Positions 42,281-52,080 of a DNA stretch of 64,000 nucleotides are shown piece after piece. How positions within the stretch are numbered: the first letter of the stretch is position 1; every line of letters starts with the position of its first letter. Both the position numbers and the translations under genes were made by a program. Location: contig CAIWKO010000036.1 in NCBI GenBank assembly GCA_903913285.1, positions 142,691-206,690 on the forward strand. The letters are read 5' to 3'. The DNA is from an uncultured Bacteroidales bacterium (GTDB taxonomy: Bacteria > Bacteroidota > Bacteroidia > Bacteroidales > CAIWKO01). The notes beneath the pieces are model-generated. The model saw nothing but the letters and a program-made list of their open reading frames with translations. It was not told the origin of the DNA and made no database searches.

Positions 42281-45217
42281 TTATTTTTTCTCTATGGTCT
42301 GATAAATGATTTTTTGAATTTCAGTACGAATTCCTGATGAAAGTAATTTATTGTTTACTGAAGAAGGATAAGTCCGATTTGATAAAAACACATAAACCAA
42401 ATGATATTTTGGGTCTACCCAAATATAGGTACCAGTAAACCCTGAATGACCATAGCTTTCAGGCGAGGCTTCTTTACAAGTTGGGCCACTACTTTTATCT
42501 CTCGCAGGTTTATCAAAGCCCAGGCCTCTCCTGTTGTCTAAAAACTGGTATGAGGTGAATTTCTTAACAGTTTCAGGTTTAAAAAAACGAGTACCGCCAT
42601 ATTCGCCTTCCTGTAAAAGCATTTGTAAAAGAATCGCCAGATCATTGGAATTTGAAAAAAGACCTGCATGTCCGCTTATTCCACCCAGCATTGCCGCCCC
42701 GGGATCGTTCACATCACCTTGCAATGTCTGTTTTCTGAAAACAGTATCAATTTCTGAGGGCACAATTCGCGACAGATCGAAATAATTTCGGGGCTGATAA
42801 CATAGAGTTGTTAAGCCTAGTGGTTCATAAAAGTTCTCTTTTACATATTTATCAATACCTTCGTTTACCAACCTTTCAACAATGTATCTTAGCATAATAA
42901 AACCCAGATCACTGTATGTATAGCTCTTTAAAATCCGCAATTCAGAGGTTTTAATTGCCCGGAAAATAGTATCCTTATAGTTCTTTTTGATATAGAGTTT
43001 TTCGGCTACCCTATATGGAAACTCATCCGATTTTTGTGTGTGATAAATATTAGTATCGGGTATCCCTTTTTTCAAGGTACGGTCATAGAATGGAATCCAG
43101 GCTTTTAACCGGGCCTGATGCGTCATAACATCCTTAATAATCAGACCTGCTTTGTTGGAACTGTCCAATTCGGGCAAATACCTTACAAGACTCGAATCAA
43201 GGGATATTTTACCTTGTTCATAAAGTTTCATGATAGAAATTGTCGTTGCACAAACCTTGGTAACAGAGGCTAAATCGTAAAGATCCGTATTCTTAACTGG
43301 AATTAGCTTATCATAGGTGTGGTAACCAAATGATTTTTGATAAACAACAAGGCCGTCTTTTGCTATCAATATTTGACATCCCGGATAAATAGAGTCCTTA
43401 ATACCTTGGTTGGCAATGGAGTCAATTTTAATTAAACTGCGGCTTTCAATTCCGGCAAATTCGGGATAGGTGTAGCCAAAACGGATCTTTTTTGTTTCAA
43501 TGCCTGTATTAACTGGAAAAAATTGCGAAGCTGTTACGGGAAGTTTTCCGTTTACTGAAATTCCCCCAAAAATTGCTTCTGCACTGGCCTTTTGTGAAAA
43601 AATATTACTTTGATAACCGACTAAAACCGCACTTATTTTACTTGTATCTGTGAGTTTTGATAAAGAATATGGGTTAGCCAGAAGATTAATTATGATCCTC
43701 TTGGTAAGTTTCATTTCATTAATAAACTTCAGTATATCATCAGATAATCCATAATTTCCGATTCCCGAAAACGAGGATTGATTAATTGTAATTATCAGAA
43801 GGTTCGTTTGTAATAATTGCTGTTTTAAATCCGGAATTTTATCTGCAGCAAAATCTTTACCGAATTTGAAATGTTGCATTTGGGCATAATTATCAAGCAT
43901 CTCGTCAAATGAAATGCTATCTGAAGAATTAAATGTAATTGAAGCAATTTTTTGATTTTCGAGATTTTTTATCGGTAATATACCAAGATTGTTTTTCACA
44001 ATGGTAATGGAAGCTTCATGTAGCTGAAGATTCAGCATATCTGATTTATGGTCGTTCAAATCATTATATAAATTTTTCAATGCTATAGGTTTCAATCTCG
44101 ACAGCCCGGCTTTATATTTATACAGCAATACCTTACGACAACGACTATCTATGAATTCCTGAGTGATGAGCCCTTTTGATATTGCACTTTTAATTGTATC
44201 AATTGCTACCGGAACATTATCGGACATGAGTAAAATATCACTTCCTGCCAACAAGGCCTTTAATTCCAGCTCACCAGGCTTAGCCTTTTCGCTAATACCT
44301 TTCATACCTAGAGCATCCGTAAATATCAAACCTTTATAACCTAATTTTTCGATTAACAGATCGTGCACAACTTTCACCGACAACGAGGATGGTTGACCGG
44401 TAGTAGTATCCAATGTAGGAATGAAAAGATGTGCCACCATAACAGAAGAAATTCCGTTACGAATTAACTCTTTAAACGGAAAAAGATCGATACTATCAAT
44501 GATCTGTTTTGAATGAGTTATGGTTGGTAATGTTTTATGCGAATCTTTATCAGTATCGCCATGACCCGGAAAATGCTTTGCTGTGGCAATGATCCCCATA
44601 TCCTGCAGCCCCTTCATATATAATATGGCTTTGGAAGCTACATTATTTCTGTCTTCGCCGAACGATCTGTAATTAATAACAGGGTTATTAGGATTAGAGT
44701 TAATATCAGCTACCGGGGCAAAGTTTATTTGAATTCCCATGCGCTTACATTGAAGCGCTATTTTTCCCCCCATTCTATATATCAGGTTATTATCCTGAAT
44801 TGCTCCTAATGTCATTTGTCTTGGGAAAGAAACCGTACTGTCTTTCAAGCGCATTCCCAATCCCCACTCTCCATCTATGGCAATAAGTAGAGGCGTTTTT
44901 GCCAGAGACTGCCAATAGTTGGTATATCTGGCCTGATTAACAGGACCACCCTGAAAAAATGCAATTCCACCAATATTATATTTTGTGATCTGTTCGGTTA
45001 CTTTGTTATTTTCTTCAAGAGTTTTGTTTGAATGAGCTGACACCATAAAAAGTTGGCCAATACGTTCGTCGGGTGTTAGTTTATGCATAACTGAATCAAC
45101 CCAATGCGTCGCTTTTGAAGGATCATCAATAGGAGTGTGATTTAGTGTCTGAATCCTTGGAAGAAACAATGAAAAAATTGGTAGTAAAAGAAACAGTATC
45201 GTTTTTAATTTTATCAT
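42281..45217 (-). CDS. Fusion of a GH3 beta-N-acetylhexosaminidase-like domain and a class C beta-lactamase-family serine hydrolase
   Basis: GH3 motifs (KHFPGHGDT, FTDALGMKG) lie in the N-terminal half. S-x-x-K (ASVTKV) and an AmpC/PBP4-like region lie in the C-terminal half. Confidence 0.8.
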   Translation of the reverse strand: MIKLKTILFLLLPIFSLFLPRIQTLNHTPIDDPSKATHWVDSVMHKLTPDERIGQLFMVSAHSNKTLEENNKVTEQITKYNIGGIAFFQGGPVNQARYTNYWQSLAKTPLLIAIDGEWGLGMRLKDSTVSFPRQMTLGAIQDNNLIYRMGGKIALQCKRMGIQINFAPVADINSNPNNPVINYRSFGEDRNNVASKAILYMKGLQDMGIIATAKHFPGHGDTDKDSHKTLPTITHSKQIIDSIDLFPFKELIRNGISSVMVAHLFIPTLDTTTGQPSSLSVKVVHDLLIEKLGYKGLIFTDALGMKGISEKAKPGELELKALLAGSDILLMSDNVPVAIDTIKSAISKGLITQEFIDSRCRKVLLYKYKAGLSRLKPIALKNLYNDLNDHKSDMLNLQLHEASITIVKNNLGILPIKNLENQKIASITFNSSDSISFDEMLDNYAQMQHFKFGKDFAADKIPDLKQQLLQTNLLIITINQSSFSGIGNYGLSDDILKFINEMKLTKRIIINLLANPYSLSKLTDTSKISAVLVGYQSNIFSQKASAEAIFGGISVNGKLPVTASQFFPVNTGIETKKIRFGYTYPEFAGIESRSLIKIDSIANQGIKDSIYPGCQILIAKDGLVVYQKSFGYHTYDKLIPVKNTDLYDLASVTKVCATTISIMKLYEQGKISLDSSLVRYLPELDSSNKAGLIIKDVMTHQARLKAWIPFYDRTLKKGIPDTNIYHTQKSDEFPYRVAEKLYIKKNYKDTIFRAIKTSELRILKSYTYSDLGFIMLRYIVERLVNEGIDKYVKENFYEPLGLTTLCYQPRNYFDLSRIVPSEIDTVFRKQTLQGDVNDPGAAMLGGISGHAGLFSNSNDLAILLQMLLQEGEYGGTRFFKPETVKKFTSYQFLDNRRGLGFDKPARDKSSGPTCKEASPESYGHSGFTGTYIWVDPKYHLVYVFLSNRTYPSSVNNKLLSSGIRTEIQKIIYQTIEKK

Positions 45218-45310
45218 GTGGCAGAATTATACTCTAAAAATACAAACGTAGAGATTATAAAGGTACTACAATTACTTTATTTATTAACTTATGGCTGTTA
45301 TTTACTAAAA

Positions 45311-45340
45311 AAAAAGCTGCTTTGAAAAAAGCAGCTTTTT
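45311..45340 (-). terminator. Rho-independent terminator (AGCTGC/GCAGCT)
   Basis: A-run, AGCTGC (45315-45320), loop, GCAGCT (45331-45336), T-run. Downstream of the acyl-CoA dehydrogenase gene. Confidence 0.7.
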
Positions 45341-45358
45341 ACGAATCAATAATGTTTA

Positions 45359-47161
45359 TTAAAAATTATACTTATTATCTTCGATAAGTTTGTTGGCAAT
45401 AGCTCTGCGAGCTTCCTTAACATTAACAGGTTTAAGTGTTGTAAACATTGTAATTGCCTTTTTCAGTTTCACGAATTCATCGCCTTCGGCAAATGAATTT
45501 ATGGCATCATTAGCAGCCTTGCTTATTCTGGCAGCAGCTTCGTACATAAAAACATCAAGTATCTTTTTATAGATTGCGGCTTTTTCTTCACCCAACATAG
45601 TCACAATTTTCTTTACACGAAAAGTGAGCGATTCAGCAGCATAAGCCTGCATTGCCATGTCGGAAATCGACATCATAACTTCCTGTTCGGTTGAATATTG
45701 TTTTCCCAGAGTTTCATAAGCTCTGCTCATAACAAGCAATATGGCTTTTTTGTAATAGGCTGAGAGTTTTATGTAATAGTCAAAATAATCACCGGTTGTT
45801 ATGGCTTCATTTTTAAATGATTCAATGTTGTCATAAATACTTTTTGCTTCAGCAAAAATTGTAGAATCTGCCTTTTTGGCATGTTTTAAAAGCATATCAG
45901 CACAAACCAAACGATTGATCTCGTTGGTTCCTTCAAATATACGGTTGATACGCGAGTCGCGGTAACACCTGTCTACCGGCATTTCGCCGGAGAAACCCAT
46001 ACCACCATGAATTTGAACAGCTTCATCCACAATATAATCCTGCGATTCAGAACCCAGCACTTTCAAAATGGCAGCTTCCATACCGTATTCTCCGATAGCC
46101 TGTAAATATGCCTGCGGTCTTTCCATTCCTTCTGCCACATGTTTGTCGATGGTTTCATCAACATATTTGGCAGTACGGTATACAGCAGATTCTATACCCC
46201 AAGTCTTAACAACCATTTCGCCAAGTTTATATTTAATGGCACCAAAAGATGAAATAAATGAACCGAATTGTTTGCGTTCGTTGGCATAATTTACTCCATG
46301 CATTATTGCGCGTTTGCAGGCACCAATAACATTTGCACCCAGTTTGATACGGCCAATGTGCAAAATATTTAATGCTATACGAAATCCTTCACCTCTTTTT
46401 CCCAATAAATTTTCAACAGGCACCATACAATCGTTGAAAAAGATCTGAACTGTAGATGAACCTTTTATCCCCATTTTCTTTTCTTCAGCTCCAAAAGTAA
46501 CACCCGGAAAATCACGTTCAACGATGAAAGCGCTTAAAATTTTATCGTCGTCAATTTTGGCAAAAACTGTCAGCACATCGGCAAATCCGCCGTTGGTGAT
46601 CCACATTTTCTGACCGTTTAAAACATAATGTTTTCCGTCGGCAGAAAGAACAGCTTTGGTTTTACCAGAATTAGCATCAGAGCCGGCATTAGGTTCGGTC
46701 AAACAATAGGCAGCAGCTAATTCGCCAGTGGCTAGTTTGGGTAAATATTTTTGTTTTTGTTCATTATTACCATAATATAATATAGGTAAGGTACCAATTC
46801 CTGTATGAGCAGAATACGCAACTGAAAATGCAAATCCGGAGCCCAAACGATCGCTGGTTAACATCGATGTGGTGAACGACTGCCCAAATCCCATGTATTC
46901 TTCAGGAACAGAAACGCCTAATAATCCCATTTCACCTATTTTCGATATAAGTCCCCGCATCAATCCGGGTTCTTTCTCATCAATTCTGTCGAGTATCGGA
47001 AAAACTTCTTTATCCAAAAAATCTTCGCAGGTTTCTGCAATCATTTTTTGTTCTTCGTTAAATTCTTCCGGAATAAAAATGTCATTACTTGATTTGGTCA
47101 AAAATTCGCCACCTTTAAGATAATTGTTGTTTTCCATCATAAAATCCAATTTGTTTATCAT
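45359..47161 (-). CDS. Long acyl-CoA dehydrogenase (FadE-like)
   Basis: ACAD motifs (CLTEPNAGSD, KMWITNG, QIHGGMGF) with a ~200-aa C-terminal extension. Confidence 0.85.
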   Translation of the reverse strand: MINKLDFMMENNNYLKGGEFLTKSSNDIFIPEEFNEEQKMIAETCEDFLDKEVFPILDRIDEKEPGLMRGLISKIGEMGLLGVSVPEEYMGFGQSFTTSMLTSDRLGSGFAFSVAYSAHTGIGTLPILYYGNNEQKQKYLPKLATGELAAAYCLTEPNAGSDANSGKTKAVLSADGKHYVLNGQKMWITNGGFADVLTVFAKIDDDKILSAFIVERDFPGVTFGAEEKKMGIKGSSTVQIFFNDCMVPVENLLGKRGEGFRIALNILHIGRIKLGANVIGACKRAIMHGVNYANERKQFGSFISSFGAIKYKLGEMVVKTWGIESAVYRTAKYVDETIDKHVAEGMERPQAYLQAIGEYGMEAAILKVLGSESQDYIVDEAVQIHGGMGFSGEMPVDRCYRDSRINRIFEGTNEINRLVCADMLLKHAKKADSTIFAEAKSIYDNIESFKNEAITTGDYFDYYIKLSAYYKKAILLVMSRAYETLGKQYSTEQEVMMSISDMAMQAYAAESLTFRVKKIVTMLGEEKAAIYKKILDVFMYEAAARISKAANDAINSFAEGDEFVKLKKAITMFTTLKPVNVKEARRAIANKLIEDNKYNF

Positions 47162-47340
47162 TTTTTAAATTAAGGGTGCAAAGATAACATTAAATAAGAA
47201 TTTTGGTTTTAATGACCTTGCAGTTTAACATCCTTTAACATTTTTTAAGTTGCTGAATTGTTTTTTGAGTAATTTTGAGCACTGTTTTATCATAATATAA
47301 GTTCCAGAGAAACACATGTTTCTGTTTTGACTATAAATAG

Positions 47341-47790
47341 ATGCCAAACGTTATCAATATAAAGAATCGCCGCGCCAGTTTCGAATACTATTTACTCGAG
47401 CAATTTACAGCAGGATTGCTGTTAACCGGAACGGAGATAAAATCGATACGCGAGGCCAAAGCCAATATTAACGATGCCTATTGTACCTTTAAAGATGACG
47501 AGCTATTCGTGCTAAACATGCATATTGCAGAATACACCTACGGCACATACAATAATCACAACCCCAAACGCGACCGTAAACTGCTGCTGAATGCACGCGA
47601 GCTTAAAAAACTTAAGAACAAAGTGAAGGAAAAAGGCTTCACTATAGTGCCGGTTGCTTTGTTCATAAACGAAAACGGACTGGCAAAACTCAACATTGCA
47701 CTTGCCAAAGGAAAACACTCGTACGATAAGCGCGAATCGTTGAAGGAAAAGGATATGAAACGCGAAATAAGCCGGAAAGAAAGCGATTGA
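47341..47790 (+). CDS. smpB: SsrA-binding protein SmpB
   Basis: [27 protein letters not shown]...[18 protein letters not shown] is the canonical SmpB pattern. Confidence 0.9.
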   Translation: MPNVINIKNRRASFEYYLLEQFTAGLLLTGTEIKSIREAKANINDAYCTFKDDELFVLNMHIAEYTYGTYNNHNPKRDRKLLLNARELKKLKNKVKEKGFTIVPVALFINENGLAKLNIALAKGKHSYDKRESLKEKDMKREISRKESD

Positions 47791-47815
47791 CAAATACCTC
47801 TTTTGAATCTTTGGT

Positions 47816-49276
47816 ATGAAAAAACACCTTTTATTTGTTGTTATCGGTAGTTTATTTTTGGCGTATGTTCTCTATCGTGCTTTTAGTTTAAGTATTACAT
47901 ACGACGAAGCATGGACCATCGGCAGTTTTGTTCCGCTGAACCTGAAAGATATTTTGTTTTGCAACCCTTGCGATGCCAACAACCAGCTATTAAACACGCT
48001 ATTGATTAAGCTATTCATGTTGAACGGAACGAGATCATTATTCATTGCCCGCTTGCCGAATGTATTGGCGTTTGTGATATACACACTGTTTGCTGCCAAG
48101 ATCTCCATACGGAATTTCAAGCGTTTGACCGGAATATGCCTTTTCGTTTTGCTGTTGGCAAATCCTTTTCTGCTCGATTTTTTTAGTATTGCACGCGGTT
48201 ATGGTTTGGCATTGGCATTTATGATGGCTTCGGTTTATTATTTGACGGGATTTATCAGAACTTTGAATATAAGATCATGCAATTATTCGCTTTTATTCGG
48301 GTGTTTGGCAGTTTTGAGCAATTTTACCCTTTTGAATTATTTGCTGGCAGTGATATTCTTAATACTGTTCATCACTAATGCAAAAACGGGATTTCATGCC
48401 AATTTCAGGAAAGTCCTTTTATGGAACATTGTTTTTTCGTTGGGCATAGGCTTGCTATGTATAACACCTTTATATAAGCTTCTGCAGAATCACAGTCTAT
48501 ATTACGGAGGCAATAATGGAGTGTTTCAGGATTCGTTCGTGAGCCTGACCGCCTTTAGCATGTATCATCCTTATAATTCAGTGATGGCGATATTGGTCAC
48601 CATCACTATGATACTATTATTTGCAATTGCTGTTTTCATCAGTTTTAAAGGGGCCAAAAGAAAATTTATGATTTTGATGAACGAAAAAAAACTAATACTT
48701 ATTCTGCTCTTGATCATACCAATTTCTGCAAACCTGTTTGAGCATTATTTGTTCGGGACGCTGTATTTGATCGACCGGACAGCATTGTTCTATATTCCGC
48801 TGTTCGTTATTGCATTTGCTGCTCTTGTTAATGATCCTGAACCATCGAAGGCAAAAGTAATGCTAATTCCAATATTTATTTTGCTCACTATTTTTGCATC
48901 AGTAAATTTATTCTGCAATGCCAACTTCCATAAAACCATTAGCTGGGAATTCGATTCGCACACAAAAGACATATTATCCCTTATCGATAAAGAAGGACAA
49001 AGACAAAACAAAACTGAGATGATAGATTTTGCATGGCCATTCGAAAGCGGGGCGCACTATTATATAGACAATAACGAATTCGGTCATGTGAGCATATCGA
49101 AGATTAGCGACGACCGGGAAAGTCTTAATACCAAAGTGGATTTTTATTTGTTTTACGATCGTCCGCTTAACATTGTGGGTTATAGCGCGAAGGATCAGCT
49201 GATCAATAGTTATAAAAAAGATACTATGCTAGCTTTTGCCCGCGATGGAATTTATTTGTTTAAAAATATTCATTAG
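47816..49276 (+). CDS. Polytopic membrane protein (possibly GT39/ArnT-like glycosyltransferase)
   Basis: About 11 hydrophobic segments followed by a soluble C-terminal domain. The assignment is by architecture only. Confidence 0.5.
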   Translation: MKKHLLFVVIGSLFLAYVLYRAFSLSITYDEAWTIGSFVPLNLKDILFCNPCDANNQLLNTLLIKLFMLNGTRSLFIARLPNVLAFVIYTLFAAKISIRNFKRLTGICLFVLLLANPFLLDFFSIARGYGLALAFMMASVYYLTGFIRTLNIRSCNYSLLFGCLAVLSNFTLLNYLLAVIFLILFITNAKTGFHANFRKVLLWNIVFSLGIGLLCITPLYKLLQNHSLYYGGNNGVFQDSFVSLTAFSMYHPYNSVMAILVTITMILLFAIAVFISFKGAKRKFMILMNEKKLILILLLIIPISANLFEHYLFGTLYLIDRTALFYIPLFVIAFAALVNDPEPSKAKVMLIPIFILLTIFASVNLFCNANFHKTISWEFDSHTKDILSLIDKEGQRQNKTEMIDFAWPFESGAHYYIDNNEFGHVSISKISDDRESLNTKVDFYLFYDRPLNIVGYSAKDQLINSYKKDTMLAFARDGIYLFKNIH

Positions 49277-49337
49277 TACTTCTGTATTTAAACATTTAGT
49301 ATTTTTACACTGAAAAACACATAACGAACAGCTTACA

Positions 49338-50564
49338 ATGAAATCTGCAGAAACTATTGTTATAGGCAGCGGACCCGCGGGTTTGTCGGCTGCCATTAGC
49401 TGTAAGCAGAAGCCTGTGTTGGTTTTGGAAAAGAATACATCGGCAGGAAAAAAACTACTGATTGCAGGTTCCGGAAGATGTAATTTAACGCATGACAGCG
49501 ATATTAAAGATTTTTTTGATCATTACGGTTTAAATGCCCGTTTTTTGAAGACCGCGTTGCTTAACTACTCGAACCGACAATTGATAGACTTTTTTAAAGA
49601 AAAAGGGCTGGATATTTATATCGATAAGAACGGAAAAGTGTTTCCCGAATCGGATAGTTCGGCAAATGTACTCAGTGTCTTGCTAAAATGCTGCAAAGAA
49701 AACGAAGTGGAGGTGGTTTATAAGCAAAATGTTATTAGCGTAAAGCATAAAAACGGTCAATTTGCGGTTCGCACACCCACCGAATCTTACTTATGCAAAA
49801 ATATTATCGTTGCCACAGGTGGAAAATCTTATGTCAACACGGGTTCGACCGGAGACGGGTATGAAATTGCCCGGTCGTTCGGGCATACTATCGTTACGCC
49901 TAAACCTGCCCTCACTCCCGTTTACAGCAATTCTCTGAATTTGGTTCAACTGGCAGGCGTTACGCTGCAAAATCTGTTGATATGTCTGTACCGTAAAAAT
50001 AAGAAGATAGCCGAACACAAGGGCGATGTGGTTTTTACGCATAAGGGACTTTCGGGGCCCGGCATTTTGGATTTTTCGAGGCAGTTCGAAGCGGGCGACC
50101 TGCTTAAACTTAATTTCACAGGTTTGCATAGCGACGATTTCCGCCATTATTTTATCGCGGCAGTTGAAATGGATGGTAAATCAACTGTGCAATCATTCCT
50201 CAAACGTTTTGATATTCCAAAGAGCCTGATACAAACAGTTCTGGGTAAATATAAAATAGACCCCACCGATAACCTTGCTGAAATTACCAAAGCGGAACGC
50301 ATCACCATTACAAACGACTTTTGCGAGTTCGAAGTGGCTGTTACGCGTATGGGAGGCTTCGATGTAGCAATGGTTACGGCAGGCGGGGTGCATCTGAGCG
50401 AGGTTTCGTCGCGAACGATGGAATCGAAACTTGTGTCGGGATTGTATTTTGCGGGCGAGGTGCTGGATATAGACGGCGACACGGGAGGCTATAATCTGCA
50501 GGCTGCTTTTTCTACCGGACATCTGGCGGGGAAAAGCATCTCAAATAGGGGTTTAGGGGTTTAG
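49338..50564 (+). CDS. HI0933-family NAD(P)/FAD-dependent oxidoreductase
   Basis: GSGPAGL dinucleotide fold at the N-terminus and C-terminal GLYFAGEVLDIDGDTGGYNLQAAFSTG. The last codons (RGLGV*) are encoded by the octamer repeat array. Confidence 0.8.
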   Translation: MKSAETIVIGSGPAGLSAAISCKQKPVLVLEKNTSAGKKLLIAGSGRCNLTHDSDIKDFFDHYGLNARFLKTALLNYSNRQLIDFFKEKGLDIYIDKNGKVFPESDSSANVLSVLLKCCKENEVEVVYKQNVISVKHKNGQFAVRTPTESYLCKNIIVATGGKSYVNTGSTGDGYEIARSFGHTIVTPKPALTPVYSNSLNLVQLAGVTLQNLLICLYRKNKKIAEHKGDVVFTHKGLSGPGILDFSRQFEAGDLLKLNFTGLHSDDFRHYFIAAVEMDGKSTVQSFLKRFDIPKSLIQTVLGKYKIDPTDNLAEITKAERITITNDFCEFEVAVTRMGGFDVAMVTAGGVHLSEVSSRTMESKLVSGLYFAGEVLDIDGDTGGYNLQAAFSTGHLAGKSISNRGLGV

Positions 50565-50670
50565 AGGTTTAGCTTTTTAGGCGTTTAGTCTTTTAGGTAA
50601 CAGGTAACAGGTAATAAGTAATAGGTACTTCTTACTTCTTACTTCTTACTTCTTACTTCTTACTTCTTAT
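50546..50670. repeat. Three abutting micro-tandem arrays: six 8-mers (TAGGGGTT type), five 7-mers (AGGTAAC type), six 7-mers (TTCTTAC)
   Basis: Read directly: 50546-50593, 50595-50628 and 50629-50670. The second and third arrays are mutually complementary around GTAC (50625-50628). Confidence 0.95.
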
Positions 50671-50704
50671 CTTATACCATAGACCACATACAGCCAAATA
50701 AATT

Positions 50705-51376
50705 CTAAACAGGCTTCTGGCTTTCGTCGTCGGGAAGGAGATAGTCGATGCCGGTAGAAGAGTTATCGTCGTCGTCTTCGTCGTCCCAGTGGTAGGTTTC
50801 GCGCTGGGTGCCGCGTTTGCGATAGTAAATGGCGAGTATGAAACCCGACAGTCCGCCCATGAGGTGCGATTCCCACGAGATGTTGCGATGGGGAAAGAAA
50901 TCGGGAAAGATGCCCCAGAAAAAGCCTCCGTACAGAAATATGATGAGCATGGAGATGGCCATCAGGCGGGCATTGCGGCGAATAAGCCCGCTGAAAAGCA
51001 AAAAGGTTACGTAGCCATACACCAAACCGCTGGCGCCGATATGGTAGGACGCACCCCGTGCGAACGACCACACCCATACCCCTGTGAAAAGCCACACCAA
51101 GCCGAATACATTATAAGCGATGTCGCGGTAGAAATAGAACACGATGCTGAGCGTAACAAACATGGGTATGGTGTTGGCCACCAGATGGCCATAATCGGCA
51201 TGGAGAAAGGGAGCCGTCACGATGCCGATGAGGCCGTGGGCAGTGAGGGGCAGGATGCCGAAGTTGGAGAAATCGGCTTTGAGAATGGTTTCTGCAATTT
51301 TAACCGCCCACATAACCGCTACCACCCCCAAGGGAAAGAGCATGGAGCGGAGCATTTTTTTGTATTCGGCGTTCAT
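50705..51376 (-). CDS. Rhomboid-family intramembrane serine protease
   Basis: GASGLVYG (G-x-S-G) and a downstream catalytic His (SHLMGGLSG). The track start at 51388 is TTG; ATG at 51374-51376 gives MNAEYKK... Confidence 0.8.
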   Translation of the reverse strand: MNAEYKKMLRSMLFPLGVVAVMWAVKIAETILKADFSNFGILPLTAHGLIGIVTAPFLHADYGHLVANTIPMFVTLSIVFYFYRDIAYNVFGLVWLFTGVWVWSFARGASYHIGASGLVYGYVTFLLFSGLIRRNARLMAISMLIIFLYGGFFWGIFPDFFPHRNISWESHLMGGLSGFILAIYYRKRGTQRETYHWDDEDDDDNSSTGIDYLLPDDESQKPV

Positions 51377-51388
51377 GGGGGAGTTCAA

Positions 51389-51448
51389 AGTTACGAGTTA
51401 CAAATTATGAGTTGCAATTGGTGATTAGTGATTTGTGATTTGATTTGG
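51389..51448. repeat. Heptamer array of 8 units (AGTTACG AGTTACA AATTATG AGTTGCA ATTGGTG ATTAGTG ATTTGTG ATTTGAT)
   Basis: Read directly. The last four units (51417-51444) form the left arm of a 28-bp inverted repeat. Confidence 0.9.
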
Positions 51449-51498
51449 TCAAAAACCAAACAAATCATGAGAGTTTTTTTTAAGATTCTTTTATATTT

Positions 51499-51518
51499 CA
51501 AAATTACAAATTAAATCC
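51499..51518 (-). promoter_or_regulatory. Recurrent 20-mer CAAAATTACAAATTAAATCC, copy 3
   Basis: 20/20 identical to 28419-28438. It points toward the rhomboid gene, 123 nt upstream of ATG 51376. Confidence 0.3.
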
Positions 51519-51679
51519 CAAACAGATCAAAATAAAAAAGTGTGTATGCTATACATCCCTGCTTCTTCCACCTTTTACATCACAACATTATTATGGTAAT
51601 AGTTTTATCTAATTCAACTGAAAACCCGAAATTCTCAGGTGTATTTTTAGGTTATTGTTATGGGCTTTTATATTTTCCA

Positions 51680-52057
51680 AGCCGGCTTAGAATAATTTGT
51701 AGCCTACTTAGAATAATTTGTAGCCGGCTTAGAATGTTTTGTAGCCGGCTTAGAATATTTTGTAACCGGCTTAGAATATTTTGTAGCCGGCTTAGAATGT
51801 TTTGTAGCCGGCTTAGAATAATTTGTAGCCGGCTTAGAATAATTTGTAGCCGGCTTAGAATAATTTGTAGCCTACTTAGAATATTTTGTAGCCGGCTTAG
51901 AATGTTTTGTAGCCGGCTTAGAATATTTTGTAGCCGGCTTAGAATATTTTGTAGCCGGCTTAGAATGTTTTGTAGCCGGCTTAGAATAATTTGTAGCCTA
52001 CTTAGAATAATTTGTAGCCGGCTTAGAATATTTTGTAGCCTACTTCAAATGTTTTTC
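51680..52057. repeat. 21-bp tandem array D (18 units, AGCCGGCTTAGAATAATTTGT)
   Basis: Unit starts run from 51680 to 52037 (357 = 17x21), with no indels. Each unit carries the 8-bp palindrome AGCCGGCT or its variant AGCCTACT. Variation is confined to positions 5-6 (GG/TA) and 15-16 (AA/GT/AT). Confidence 0.95.
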
Positions 52058-52080
52058 ACTACGCTTACAGTGGTTTTTCC

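Noticed and set aside
47161-47341. tmRNA (ssrA) next to smpB, an FMN riboswitch upstream of ribD (55151-55250), and a tRNA next to the integrase (9272-9425).
   Set aside because: No GGGG...tRNA-like acceptor/T-arm (GGTTCGAATCC-type) sequence and no conserved FMN-element core could be recognised in these spacers. By-eye detection is weak, so tRNAscan or Infernal should confirm.
6183-52057. CRISPR interpretation of the regularly spaced repeats.
   Set aside because: Units are contiguous with no unique spacers. The unit length (21 bp) is below typical CRISPR repeat size. No cas genes are in the window.
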